A DNA stretch of 32,000 nucleotides from Candidatus Saccharimonadota bacterium (GTDB lineage: Bacteria; Patescibacteriota; Saccharimonadia; Saccharimonadales; UBA4665): assembly GCA_016699935.1 (NCBI GenBank), contig CP064992.1, positions 690,001 through 722,000 of the forward strand. Reading direction: 5' to 3'. The position numbers and the translations under genes were made by a program. Below, piece after piece: positions 16,117 through 24,487 of the stretch. Every line of letters begins with the position of its first letter. Positions within the stretch are counted from its first letter, which is position 1. A model generated the notes under the pieces. That model did not search any database. It was not told where the DNA came from and was given only the letters and a program-made list of their open reading frames with translations.

Positions 16117-16216
16117 CGGAGGTTGGACTCGGAGGTTGGGAGATAGGGGTTGGGAGTTAGGGGTTTGGGAGTTAGGGTGTTGGGAGATAGGGGTTGGGAG
16201 TTAGGCGAGTGGGAGG
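16117..16216. repeat. G-rich 14-15 bp tandem repeat (~7 units, consensus GGGTTGGGAGWTAG)
   Basis: ggaggttggactc ggaggttgggagatag gggttgggagttag gggtttgggagttag ggtgttgggagatag gggttgggagttag gcgagtgggaggtg. There are at least 10 GGG/GGGG tracts on the + strand. Confidence 0.85.
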
Positions 16217-16388
16217 TGTGATATGCTCACTATGCTTACGATGGATGCGAGCTGGCTCAACCTCACTTTTGCTTTGTGGTACGCACTGGTAGCGAGTTTT
16301 GAACCGTCTGCGGGGTCTTCATCTCATCACGAAGCAAGAGGAATTGCATTCGTACCAGGGATGCAGAAGCTGGTTATATGCTCGTGGT

Positions 16389-17182
16389 ATGCTAGAGTTA
16401 TGGACATCAGGAATTTTCGTAAAATCAGAATTAGACGAAGAAGCGTGGGAAGCGTGGCTGGGTGAAGAAACCTCAAAAAAGCTAGTAAGCCAAAACAGCC
16501 AGCCAAAATTCATACACCATCCCAGGTGAAATCAATAGATGGTTTGGCCATCCCGGGTGAAACAAGTTGACCAAGTGACGCATAAAAAGCCAAGAAAAAT
16601 CAGGCGCTGCAACCATATCTATTCAAATACATATGCCAAAGTTTCAGTTGCCGTCATGGCGACCACGCAAAGTACATCTGCCGTGGCAGCAGATGAAACC
16701 ATGGCTGATTGGCCTAGGGCTCATGGCGTTGGTAATTGTTGGAGGTAAACTGCTGCTAGGCAAAGCAACCATGAACAAACCAAACACGGTCAAAACACCG
16801 GTGGTGGTACAAACCGAACTGGGCTACAAGCCGGTGCTACCAGAGGTGCGGGCTGCCACAGAAACGCAGCCAACCAAACCAAATATGACGAAAAACGTAA
16901 GCTTTACAGCTTTAATGACACGTATAAGGGGCAAAATTACTGTAGATCGGCAGTCGCTGCCCGAAAAGTTGACTAGAAAAGTGAAATAGTAAAACTAGCG
17001 GATAAGCTTGCAAATGACTGAGGTATTTACCACAACTATTGGTGAAGTGAGAATGTCTACCAGTAAAGAAACAGGTGCACAGCGACTGATGGTGACGAAG
17101 TAGTAAAATGCTAATGTTTATCCAGAGCACCACCAAACTTTCCATTACAGAGTGGGTAGATTACATACAATCCCTGGAATAA
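16389..17182 (+). CDS. Membrane-anchored hypothetical protein, reconstructed across several slips (start uncertain: 16299 or 16389)
   Basis: MLELWTSGIFVKSELDEEAWEAWLGEETSKKLVSQNSQPKFIHHPR | SIDGLAIPG... | ...MPKFQLPSWRPRKVHLPWQQMKPWLIGLGLMALVIVGGKLLL (TM segment; ORF-track 16633-16989) ...ITVDRQSLPEKL | EIVKLADKLAND | EVFTTTIGEVRMSTSKETGAQRLMV | SSKMLMFIQSTTKLSITEWVDYIQSLE, then stop. The architecture resembles the 22866-23366 product. Confidence 0.45.
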
Positions 17183-17605
17183 TTTCTATGTTAGTTCACA
17201 GAAAAGCGTACTGGTTGTCATCTGTGTCGTTTAGTTCAATACCCAGTTGAAATGCGAAGTGTAATCGCGTTTGCCACTTAAAATGTCATAAAGCGACAAC
17301 ATATAATATTTTCGCATATTAAGTTAAAAATGATGAAGATTATATAATTACGTAGCGATATAAACAATGAATTATAATATTCATTTCTTTTTAAAAGTCA
17401 TTGTATATATGTTAAATTAACTCTTTTGCATTGTTGTAATGCTTTCTTTTGTTCACATAGTCAGGATAGGGCGGCTAAGTCAATTAATGGTACAACTATT
17501 TTGACTTATGTGTACAAGTTATTGTATTAACCTTGATACAAGAGGAAAATACTAAGTGTACTGAATAAACAAAAACAGTTTAAGTACAAAACAAAAACAA
17601 AAAAC

Positions 17606-20600
17606 ATGAAAAGGCCAACAAACATACTCGTACTGTTTGTGCATACCCTCTGGCACCCGGCCAAGAGGGGTTTTGTCGTCCCTAGCTACCGAACCAACCA
17701 CCCCTTCACTCATCTCAGCTGGTCCCATGGTCACATGAGCTCAAAGTCTGTCAGTCAAGTGCTGTTAGTCTTGCTCATCCTACCCTTGTTTTTCCTCACG
17801 CGCGGGTACACAGGCGCACCACGCGCCTATGCCGCCACATCCGACAACCTGAACTTCCAAGCTCGTTTGCAAACTGCCTCTGGTGCGATTGTCGCTGATG
17901 GCTACTACAACATCGAGTTCAAGCTCTACAGTGCTGCTTCTGGTGGTAGCTCTCTGTGGGATGAAACCTACAGCTACAGCTCTGGCTCTGGTCAGTGTAG
18001 CGGCCCCTTGGGCACCAATGACTGCCGTGTCCGAGTAGCCAATGGCTACGTCACCGTCAACCTAGGCACAGTCACCAGCTTCCCAGGCACCATGCCCTGG
18101 GATCAGCAGCTCTACCTGACCATGAACGTAGGTGGTACCACCAGCTCTGGAGCCATTACCTACGACGGAGAGATGAACCCCAGGCTGAAGATGACGGCTG
18201 TCCCCTATGCCTTCAACGCCAAGACAGCCAGCAGTTTAGCCACGAGTAATGGAGCCCTGCAGTCTACTCTGAGCATTGTCGCGCCTACAGGCGGCAACCA
18301 AACCTTCCAAATACCGGATCAAGGTGCCGGAGGAACTTATACGCTACTTACAGGTAGTGCCGCAAACGGCATGTATATTCAGCTGCAAAGCTCAACTCCG
18401 GGGACACAACAAACCGGTAACTTCAACATCAGTGGCACAGGTATAGCTGCCACTTTGCAGGCGCAAACTATCGACACTTCATCTGCCAGTGTGTTGAGTT
18501 TGGGCGTTAGCAATGCCACAAATATACAAGTAGGCAGCAATACAACTGATGCAACAGCAAAACTCTTTATCCTAGATAGTTATAATGGTGGGACTGATCC
18601 AACGGGATACAACGGGGCGATGTACTACAATACCAGCTTGAGTAAATTTCGCTGCTATGTTGGTGGTGCATGGCTCGATTGCGAGGGCTCAGCTGGGTCA
18701 GGCGTAACAACTATCGGAGCCATAGATTCCCAGACGAAAAGTGCCAACGGTGCAGTTATAAGTGGCACTACTATATATATGCAGACAGCAGATGCAACAA
18801 ATCCTGGTCTCGTGAGTACGGGATCTCAAACATTTGCTGGAGACAAAACGTATTCTGGCAATATCATAGTTTCGGGCAATCAAAGCATAACTGTCACTGG
18901 TGGCGCCACCGGCACCCGCCCAGTCAGCCCCACAGAAGGCATGGTCTACTACGACACGACTACGAAACAACTCTTGACGTACGCCAATGGCAAATGGCAA
19001 GCTGACCGAAGCGAAGCCATCTTGGTTGCCGCCAGTGACAGCTCAGATGCCGACAAAGCCTCAGCTGACTATGTAGCTGATGGTAACACTGGTGCAGCCC
19101 TTGATGGTGACCAAGTGCAGATCAACGACGCTCTTACGGCTGCCAGTGCTTCAGGTACCCGTAAGACCGGTAAGGTTTACCTCTTCGCTGGTACGTACAC
19201 TGCTGATGCCACTATCCTCATCCCGAACGGTGTTACCCTCGCTGGTAGTGGTCAAAGCTCAGTCATAAAACTGGCAGACATTGATGCGACCGACAACCTC
19301 ATCGAAAACAGTGACACGGCAACTGGTGCCAACATCACTATTCGTGACCTCCGCCTAGAAGGTCAACGCAACCTCAACACGGCTGGCACGCAGCACGGTA
19401 TCTACCTGCTCGGCATGGGCAAAGAAACAACCGGCAACAATGCCGTCAACGGCGCCTTCATTAGTAACGTCACCGTCTACTACTTCCGCACCGATGGTAT
19501 CCGCCTCGATACCTCCTCTCACAACACGATTACCAGCAGCATCTTCCGAGACAATGAGCAGTATGGTCTCTACATCCTGAATCTAAACTCCAAGTTCAAC
19601 AGCATCACCGCCAACCAGTCAGAAGGCAACAACGTCGACGGCTTCCGACTCGAATCTGGCTACAGCAACACCTTCAGTGGTAACGTTGCCTACGACAATA
19701 CTTCGGCCGGTATGGCTATAGCCGGCAGCGCCAATAGCAACAACATCGTCAATAACAACTTCCGCGGCAACAATGCCTATGGTATCTATGTCGGTGCTTC
19801 GACCCTGAACAACATCAGCTCAAACAACATCCGGGGTGGTAGCACCTACGGTATCTATGTTTCTGGCTCAGACGGCAACACGGTAAACGACAACAACATC
19901 TATGACACTGGTAGCGCAACAACCAACAACGCTATCTACTTGACTGATTCTGATCGTAACAGCATTAATGGCAACGTGATCGATGACACCTCAGCATCCA
20001 CTAACAACTACGCCATCAATATCTTCAATAGCACCAGCAACAGTAACTACATATCTGGAAACATCCTCGGCGATAACGGTGCCGGTGTCACAGCTACCAT
20101 TAACGATGCTGCCACAGACACTACCTACGGTGGCCAGGCTACCGCCCTCAACAGCACCGACATCCTCTTCAAACAGTCGGCTTCAACTGCCGCTTTCCAG
20201 ATCCAAAATGCTAACGGCACCAGTATATTGAACATTGACTCAACAAACGGAGAACTAGAAGTCGGTAGTTACAATGGCGGCACTAACCCAGTAGCCGGTA
20301 AGATCGTTATAGCTACTACTGCCAATGCCAACACAGTTACTCTGCAGTCGGCTACTCAGACTGGTAACTACACCCTCAGCATCCCAGCCCTAACAGCTAA
20401 TGCCAATGTATGTACCGACAACGCTATCTGCTCTGGTTACCTTGGTACTAGCACTGGTGTCCAACTGCAAGCTGCTACTCCTGGCACAGCCCAGACAGGC
20501 CACTTCAACATCACTGGTACAGGCATAGCCGGTACTAGCCTCCTCACCCCACTGCTAGACACTGCAACTGGTGTACCTCTCAACATCGGCACCAGCGGCG

Positions 20601-20818
20601 GCCCGACAACTACTCAGATCAACCTCAACCAAAATGTGGTGGTCGCAAATGACAAATCAATCATCATTGGTTCTACATCAGGCATAGGAAATGCAACAGC
20701 CTTGCAGGTGAACTATGGTTCAACCCAAATCTTTACAGTAGATTCATCAGCCGGCAACAACCGTGTAACAGTGGGATCACCAGGTGACTGTATCAATCAG
20801 GGGGTAAATTCTGCATAG
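17606..20818 (+). CDS. Gene C fragment 1: signal peptide, N-terminal fibre domain, two junction motifs, beta-helix cassette, linker modules
   Basis: The likely true start is Met at 17735 (MSSKSVSQVLLVLLILPLFFLTRGYTGAPRAYA). Then NLNFQARLQTASGAIVADGYYNIEFKLYSAASGGSSLWDE..., GAMYYNTSLSKFRCYVGGAWLDC (18614-18688), TEGMVYYDTTTKQLLTYANGKWQADRS, and a beta-helix at 19045-20135. This 3.2 kb ORF is uninterrupted. Confidence 0.9.
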   Translation: MKRPTNILVLFVHTLWHPAKRGFVVPSYRTNHPFTHLSWSHGHMSSKSVSQVLLVLLILPLFFLTRGYTGAPRAYAATSDNLNFQARLQTASGAIVADGYYNIEFKLYSAASGGSSLWDETYSYSSGSGQCSGPLGTNDCRVRVANGYVTVNLGTVTSFPGTMPWDQQLYLTMNVGGTTSSGAITYDGEMNPRLKMTAVPYAFNAKTASSLATSNGALQSTLSIVAPTGGNQTFQIPDQGAGGTYTLLTGSAANGMYIQLQSSTPGTQQTGNFNISGTGIAATLQAQTIDTSSASVLSLGVSNATNIQVGSNTTDATAKLFILDSYNGGTDPTGYNGAMYYNTSLSKFRCYVGGAWLDCEGSAGSGVTTIGAIDSQTKSANGAVISGTTIYMQTADATNPGLVSTGSQTFAGDKTYSGNIIVSGNQSITVTGGATGTRPVSPTEGMVYYDTTTKQLLTYANGKWQADRSEAILVAASDSSDADKASADYVADGNTGAALDGDQVQINDALTAASASGTRKTGKVYLFAGTYTADATILIPNGVTLAGSGQSSVIKLADIDATDNLIENSDTATGANITIRDLRLEGQRNLNTAGTQHGIYLLGMGKETTGNNAVNGAFISNVTVYYFRTDGIRLDTSSHNTITSSIFRDNEQYGLYILNLNSKFNSITANQSEGNNVDGFRLESGYSNTFSGNVAYDNTSAGMAIAGSANSNNIVNNNFRGNNAYGIYVGASTLNNISSNNIRGGSTYGIYVSGSDGNTVNDNNIYDTGSATTNNAIYLTDSDRNSINGNVIDDTSASTNNYAINIFNSTSNSNYISGNILGDNGAGVTATINDAATDTTYGGQATALNSTDILFKQSASTAAFQIQNANGTSILNIDSTNGELEVGSYNGGTNPVAGKIVIATTANANTVTLQSATQTGNYTLSIPALTANANVCTDNAICSGYLGTSTGVQLQAATPGTAQTGHFNITGTGIAGTSLLTPLLDTATGVPLNIGTSGGPTTTQINLNQNVVVANDKSIIIGSTSGIGNATALQVNYGSTQIFTVDSSAGNNRVTVGSPGDCINQGVNSA
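18988..20557. repeat. Copy 2 of ~1.56 kb near-identical beta-helix cassette (partner 389-1952)
   Basis: See 389-1952. This copy is frame-intact. Confidence 0.9.
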
Positions 20819-20865
20819 TACAAACAGCAAGCGGTGTAGGCCCAGCCGTAAACCAGAACAATACC

Positions 20866-21096
20866 ATGAAAATATCAAGTGGTGCGACGGTAAATACCTC
20901 ATATGCCCAGGTGATATATTTGCAAGACACCAGTTCGGCAGCGAGTCTCGGCTATGGACTTTTGGTTGATATGACACAAACAACGAACAATAATGCTACA
21001 GCAAATGCTATAACAGCAACCGCTCGTACACAAAACGCTGGCAACTTGTTGCTATTGAACACCGGGGGAACAGGCTACGGCGGAGTAGGGGAATAA
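20866..21096 (+). CDS. Gene C fragment 2
   Basis: The frame is open upstream to ~20806. ISSGATVNTSYAQVIYLQDTSSAASLGYGLLVDMTQTTNNNATANAITATARTQNAGNLLLLNTGGTGYGG. Confidence 0.6.
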   Translation: MKISSGATVNTSYAQVIYLQDTSSAASLGYGLLVDMTQTTNNNATANAITATARTQNAGNLLLLNTGGTGYGGVGE

Positions 21097-21896
21097 ATGG
21101 TGGCACAAATGTCTTTACAGTCAGTAATACAGGTGTAGTTACTAGTAAAAACCAAGCGAATAGCACTTCGGCATTTCGTATCCAAAATACAAACGGCACT
21201 AATCTACTAAACGTAAACACTACCAATGGTGAAATAGGACTCGGTAGCTACAATGGTGGTACCAACCCTGTAGCTGGCAAGATAGTCCTTGCTAATGCCG
21301 CCAATGCCAGTACAGTTACTCTCCAAACTGGTGCCACCGGTACTAGCTACAGCCTGACGCTGCCGACTGCCCTAGGTTCAACCGGACAGTGCCTATACGA
21401 CACAACTGGGGCTGGGGTGCTCGGCTGGGCGACGTGTGCTGGTGGTAGTGGCATCAACAACGGCACGACGACCCAAACTGCTAACTTCAACATTCAGTCA
21501 GCTGCGAGTGGTTCGATTGGTGCGATCGTCCAAGGTGCAGCCAGTCAAAGTGTCGATATTTTCCAGGTGAAACTTTCTGGCGGCAACATACCATTCAGTA
21601 TTAGTAGCACTGGAGATGTCAATTTGTTGCGGAATACGCTGTATATGAACACCACGACAACTAACTCTAAACGGATATACATTTCGGGCAATATCAACTC
21701 TGGCGTTGCTAGCCAATACGGCATCCAGAACGAACCGATCTTCTTACCTTCTGCTGGGTCAAACAACATATACGGCTTAAGCAACACAGCAAAACTGGCA
21801 ACAAGTGCAGTCAATATCAATCAGTTGTTTGGCAGCGTAACGGGCGTATCAACGAATGCGGATTACACGGGGTACTTACAGGTGCAGTTGGCTTAA
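21096..21896 (+). CDS. Gene C fragment 3 (ORF track lists only 21417-21896)
   Basis: NGGTNVFTVSNTGVVTSKNQANSTSAFRIQNTNGTNLLNVNTTNGEIGLGSYNGGTNPVAGKIVLANAANASTVTLQTGATGTSYSLTLP parallels FQIQNANGTSILNIDSTNGELEVGSYNGGTNPVAGKIVIATTANANTVTLQS in A and C. Confidence 0.65.
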   Translation, partial: NGGTNVFTVSNTGVVTSKNQANSTSAFRIQNTNGTNLLNVNTTNGEIGLGSYNGGTNPVAGKIVLANAANASTVTLQTGATGTSYSLTLPTALGSTGQCLYDTTGAGVLGWATCAGGSGINNGTTTQTANFNIQSAASGSIGAIVQGAASQSVDIFQVKLSGGNIPFSISSTGDVNLLRNTLYMNTTTTNSKRIYISGNINSGVASQYGIQNEPIFLPSAGSNNIYGLSNTAKLATSAVNINQLFGSVTGVSTNADYTGYLQVQLA

Positions 21897-21913
21897 ACAT
21901 CCAAGACCCTTCA

Positions 21914-22846
21914 ATGGCTGGTAGTAAGGCGGCGACATACTACGGAATATCTATCAACGGTGTTACGGGGAATGGTGGTAATACGACAGGCAATATTCAA
22001 AACACCCAACTTCTCATAGGTGGCACTACAGTTGGAGCTGGTGCTGGTGGTACGGTTTACAACATGGGACAAAGAATTGTGATGCCGTCTGGCTCTGGTG
22101 GAACAACGCACAACACCGGGCTGGCAATCACAGACGCCCAGGCGACAATAACGGGCACTTGGTCACTCTATAACGCCAGTGCGCAAGCAAGCTATTTTGG
22201 CAGTAATGTGACCATAGGCACGCTACTAACTGCCGATGTTACTAACGGCAATGTCCAAATAGGCTCCGCCACCACTAACGCCACCGCCAATCAATTCATC
22301 TTAGACAGCTACAATAACGCCACTGACCCGACTGGGACAAACGGTGCCATGTACTACAACACCGCAACCGGCACATTCCGTTGCTACGAAAACAGTGCCT
22401 GGAAGGACTGCCTGACACGCCATATTACGACTCTCGGCAGTGATGTCACGAACAACAACGCCACTGCTAACACCATCGCAGACGTCACAGGACTAAGTTT
22501 TGCAGTCACATCAGGCAAGACCTACCGATTCCGTGCCAATGTCGCTTACACCGCGGCAGCCACCACCACTGGCTCGCGCTGGAGCGTCAATGGTCCTGCT
22601 AACACATTACTGACCTATACCTCGCGCTATGGCATTACCGCTACCACAGAAACCGTGAACTATCTCGCCGCCTACGATTCACCAGCGGCAAGCAACAGTG
22701 ATTCTCCAGCAACCGGCGGAAACACGGCGACCATAGAGGGTATAGTGACACCATCTGCGAATGGAACGGTGATCATACGGTTTGCCTCGGAAGTCTCGAG
22801 CTCTGCGATTGTCGCCAAGGCCGGAAGCACTATAGAGTGGTGGTAG
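21914..22846 (+). CDS. Gene C fragment 4: junction motif plus C-terminal beta-sandwich-like domain
   Basis: FILDSYNNATDPTGTNGAMYYNTATGTFRCYENSAWKDC (22344-22412), then ...GKTYRFRANVAYTAAATTTGSRWSVNGPA...GTVIIRFASEVSSSAIVAKAGSTIEWW, followed by a stop. Confidence 0.8.
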   Translation: MAGSKAATYYGISINGVTGNGGNTTGNIQNTQLLIGGTTVGAGAGGTVYNMGQRIVMPSGSGGTTHNTGLAITDAQATITGTWSLYNASAQASYFGSNVTIGTLLTADVTNGNVQIGSATTNATANQFILDSYNNATDPTGTNGAMYYNTATGTFRCYENSAWKDCLTRHITTLGSDVTNNNATANTIADVTGLSFAVTSGKTYRFRANVAYTAAATTTGSRWSVNGPANTLLTYTSRYGITATTETVNYLAAYDSPAASNSDSPATGGNTATIEGIVTPSANGTVIIRFASEVSSSAIVAKAGSTIEWW

Positions 22847-22865
22847 GGGTAGAACGGGTGTAGCG

Positions 22866-23366
22866 TTAATGTGTAGGCTTAAGCGGCTGCAGATTGACAA
22901 GTGTTGCATTGACGACGTCTAAAGGCACATCGCCAGTTCCTGATACGTTTACCAGAGTACTGGAGGTGTTTAGCACGGCAACCGGCAGGGCGCCGCTTTT
23001 TTGCCACTGTAGGCCGTACCAAGTGGTGTTTGCAAGGGGTCAAGGCCGACAATACTATCCAACATAAGGTTTTTGCGGCCGCAACTGCTGACTTACAAGT
23101 ATTTTTCGGGAATCGTGGTTTAGGCTGTAGAATAGTACACCGTTGCTGACTTGGGCAGATTCTTCGGTATAGGAGTAGCCATCTGGCGCAGGGTAGGGGT
23201 AGTACGCAGTAAATGCGAGTGCCGCAATCGATGTCTTTGGCAAAGGGTTACGTGCATGAGCAGTACGTTGCATATGTGTATACACGAGCAACCCTGCACA
23301 GAGCATAGCACTACAAGCAGTTAGCATACCAAATCGCAAGGCTCGCTGAGCGTTCTTTTCCTTCAT
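22866..23366 (-). CDS. Membrane-anchored hypothetical protein (ORF track 23055-23366 extended through two compensating slips)
   Basis: MKEKNAQRALRFGMLTACSAMLCAGLLVY (TM segment) ...GVLFYSLNHDSRKILVSQQLRPQKPYV | DSIVGLD | PLANTTWYGLQWQKSGALPVAVLNTSSTLVNVSGTGDVPLDVVNATLVNLQPLKPTH, followed by a stop. Confidence 0.5.
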
Positions 23367-23442
23367 GATTCCATGGTACCACGGCCTGGTGGTCTTGGGC
23401 GCGGTTAGCGCACAAATATCGCAGGGCTGCTCATGTTTACCC

Positions 23443-23485
23443 CCAAAACCACCGGGTACGACCCATATCGACAGGGTCGTACCCG
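23443..23485. repeat. REP hairpin, left copy
   Basis: ccaaaaccacc-GGGTACGACCC-atatcgaca-GGGTCGTACCC-g: an 11-bp perfect stem with a 9-nt loop. Confidence 0.85.
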
Positions 23486-23516
23486 CTCGGTTGACAGGGT
23501 GGTGTATTATGGTGAT

Positions 23517-24138
23517 ATGCCATCACGTAATATCTATAAAGAATATGTCGAACAGACGTACTATCATGTCTACAACCGAGGCGTGAACAAAGAAAGAACG
23601 GATATTTCTCGATGAACAAGATTACCTGACGTTTATTGCTCTCATCGAACGCTATATGGGTCTGCGGGCTAGTAGGCGGCAAAATGGCAGTAAATATGAA
23701 AACTTTGACGGTAGATTAGACATTTTGGCCTATTGTCTTATGCCAAATCATTTTCACTTTTTTATATATCAGTACGATGAAAAAGCTATGTATGAGTTTT
23801 TCAAACGGATCACGGTATCATACAGTATGTACTTCAATGAACGCTATAAGCGAGTTGGCCCAGTCTTTCAGCAGCGATATCGCGCATCGCTAATCTATTC
23901 GGACGAGTATTTTTTGCATATTTCCCGCTATATTCATCTCAATCCCCGTGAATGGGCTAGCTAATGGTGGTCGAGTATACATGACTATACAGGTCATAGT
24001 ATTACGACTTGGGTACATCCAGAAAAAGTTCTAGAACATTTCAATGACGGGGCAAAGGAATATACTGAGTTCGTTGCCGACTATGAATCAGCTCACCGCG
24101 AGCTAGAACACATACAACACATTCTGGCTGATCGCTAA
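23517..24138 (+). CDS. REP-associated tyrosine transposase (RAYT, IS200-like Y1/HUH family), with one slip (~23590) and one in-frame TAA (23962-23964)
   Basis: MPSRNIYKEYVEQTYYHVYNRGVNKE | RIFLDEQDYLTFIALIERY...LDILAYCLMPNHFHFFIYQ (HUH motif) ...YSMYFNERYKRVGPVFQQRYRASLIYSDEYFLHISRYIHLNP (catalytic Tyr context) REWAS*WWSSIHDYTG...HILADR. The ORF-track pieces are 23433-23615 and 23656-23964. Confidence 0.75.
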
Positions 24139-24164
24139 TACCAAGGTACTGCAATTAAACCAAC

Positions 24165-24207
24165 CGGGTACGACCCTGTCGATATGGGTCGTACCCGGTG
24201 GTTTTGG
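24165..24207. repeat. REP hairpin, right copy (inverted)
   Basis: c-GGGTACGACCC-tgtcgatat-GGGTCGTACCC-ggtggttttgg, the exact reverse complement of 23443-23485. Confidence 0.85.
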
Positions 24208-24404
24208 AGTAGCAAAGACAGTAAAGTTAGATGTTTCTGTGGATAACTGGGGTAAAATGTACATGTTGAGCAAATAATGTGTACAAAAACTATTGCATTC
24301 TATTTTGCATAAGCGCATACTAGCAAATAGATTTTGTCCACGTCACGAAAATTAAAAAGACGAAAAGGCAAAATCACTAACAAAAACAAAAACGTTTCCA
24401 AACG

Positions 24405-24435
24405 AAAAGCAGGCACTCTCGCAAGGCCTGCTTTT
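24405..24435. terminator. Bidirectional rho-independent terminator-like hairpin
   Basis: aaaagcaggc-actctcgcaag-gcctgctttt. It lies ~50 nt downstream of the minus-strand ORF that ends at 24488. Confidence 0.6.
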
Positions 24436-24487
24436 GATTTGGGCAAAGGTAATAAAGACAGAAATATGTTTACGCGTCAGTAGAAAC

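Larger units (their letters stand above)
17606..22846 (+). other. Reconstructed giant surface-protein gene C (~1700 codons), tail-fibre/tailspike-like
   Basis: 17606-20818 joins 20866-21096 through the G5 run at ~20805 (INQG|KFCIVQTASGVGPAVNQNNT). That piece joins 21096-21896 at ~21090 (GGTGYGG|GINGGTNVFTVSNTG). The last joins 21914-22846 at ~21885 (ADYTGY..AVGLNIQDPSMAGSK). Confidence 0.65.
23443..24207 (+). mobile_element. REP-RAYT unit: Y1 (HUH) transposase gene bracketed by inverted REP hairpins
   Basis: The 43-nt elements at 23443-23485 and 24165-24207 are exact reverse complements. They enclose an IS200-like/RAYT-type gene. Confidence 0.7.

Noticed and set aside
16117-16216. CRISPR array (also considered for the heptad tracts at 7445-7479, 7865-7927 and 8894-8928)
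   Set aside because: The units are 7 or 14-15 bp and directly abutting, with no unique spacers, and there are no cas genes. The Cas2-like fold of the neighbouring regulator is a PaaX-type domain, not evidence for CRISPR.
23365-23682. ORFs 23365-23586 (+), 23437-23682 (-) and 24103-24318 (-)
   Set aside because: They are translations straight through the REP hairpins (the PKPPGTTHIDRVVP / GYDPVDMGRTRWFWG mirror images), so they are artefacts of the palindromic DNA.
24238-24341. Replication origin next to parAB
   Set aside because: There is one perfect DnaA box (tgtggataa, 24238-24246) and one 2-mismatch box (ttgtccacg, ~24333-24341). There is no cluster of boxes and no dnaA/dnaN gene in the window, so the evidence is insufficient.
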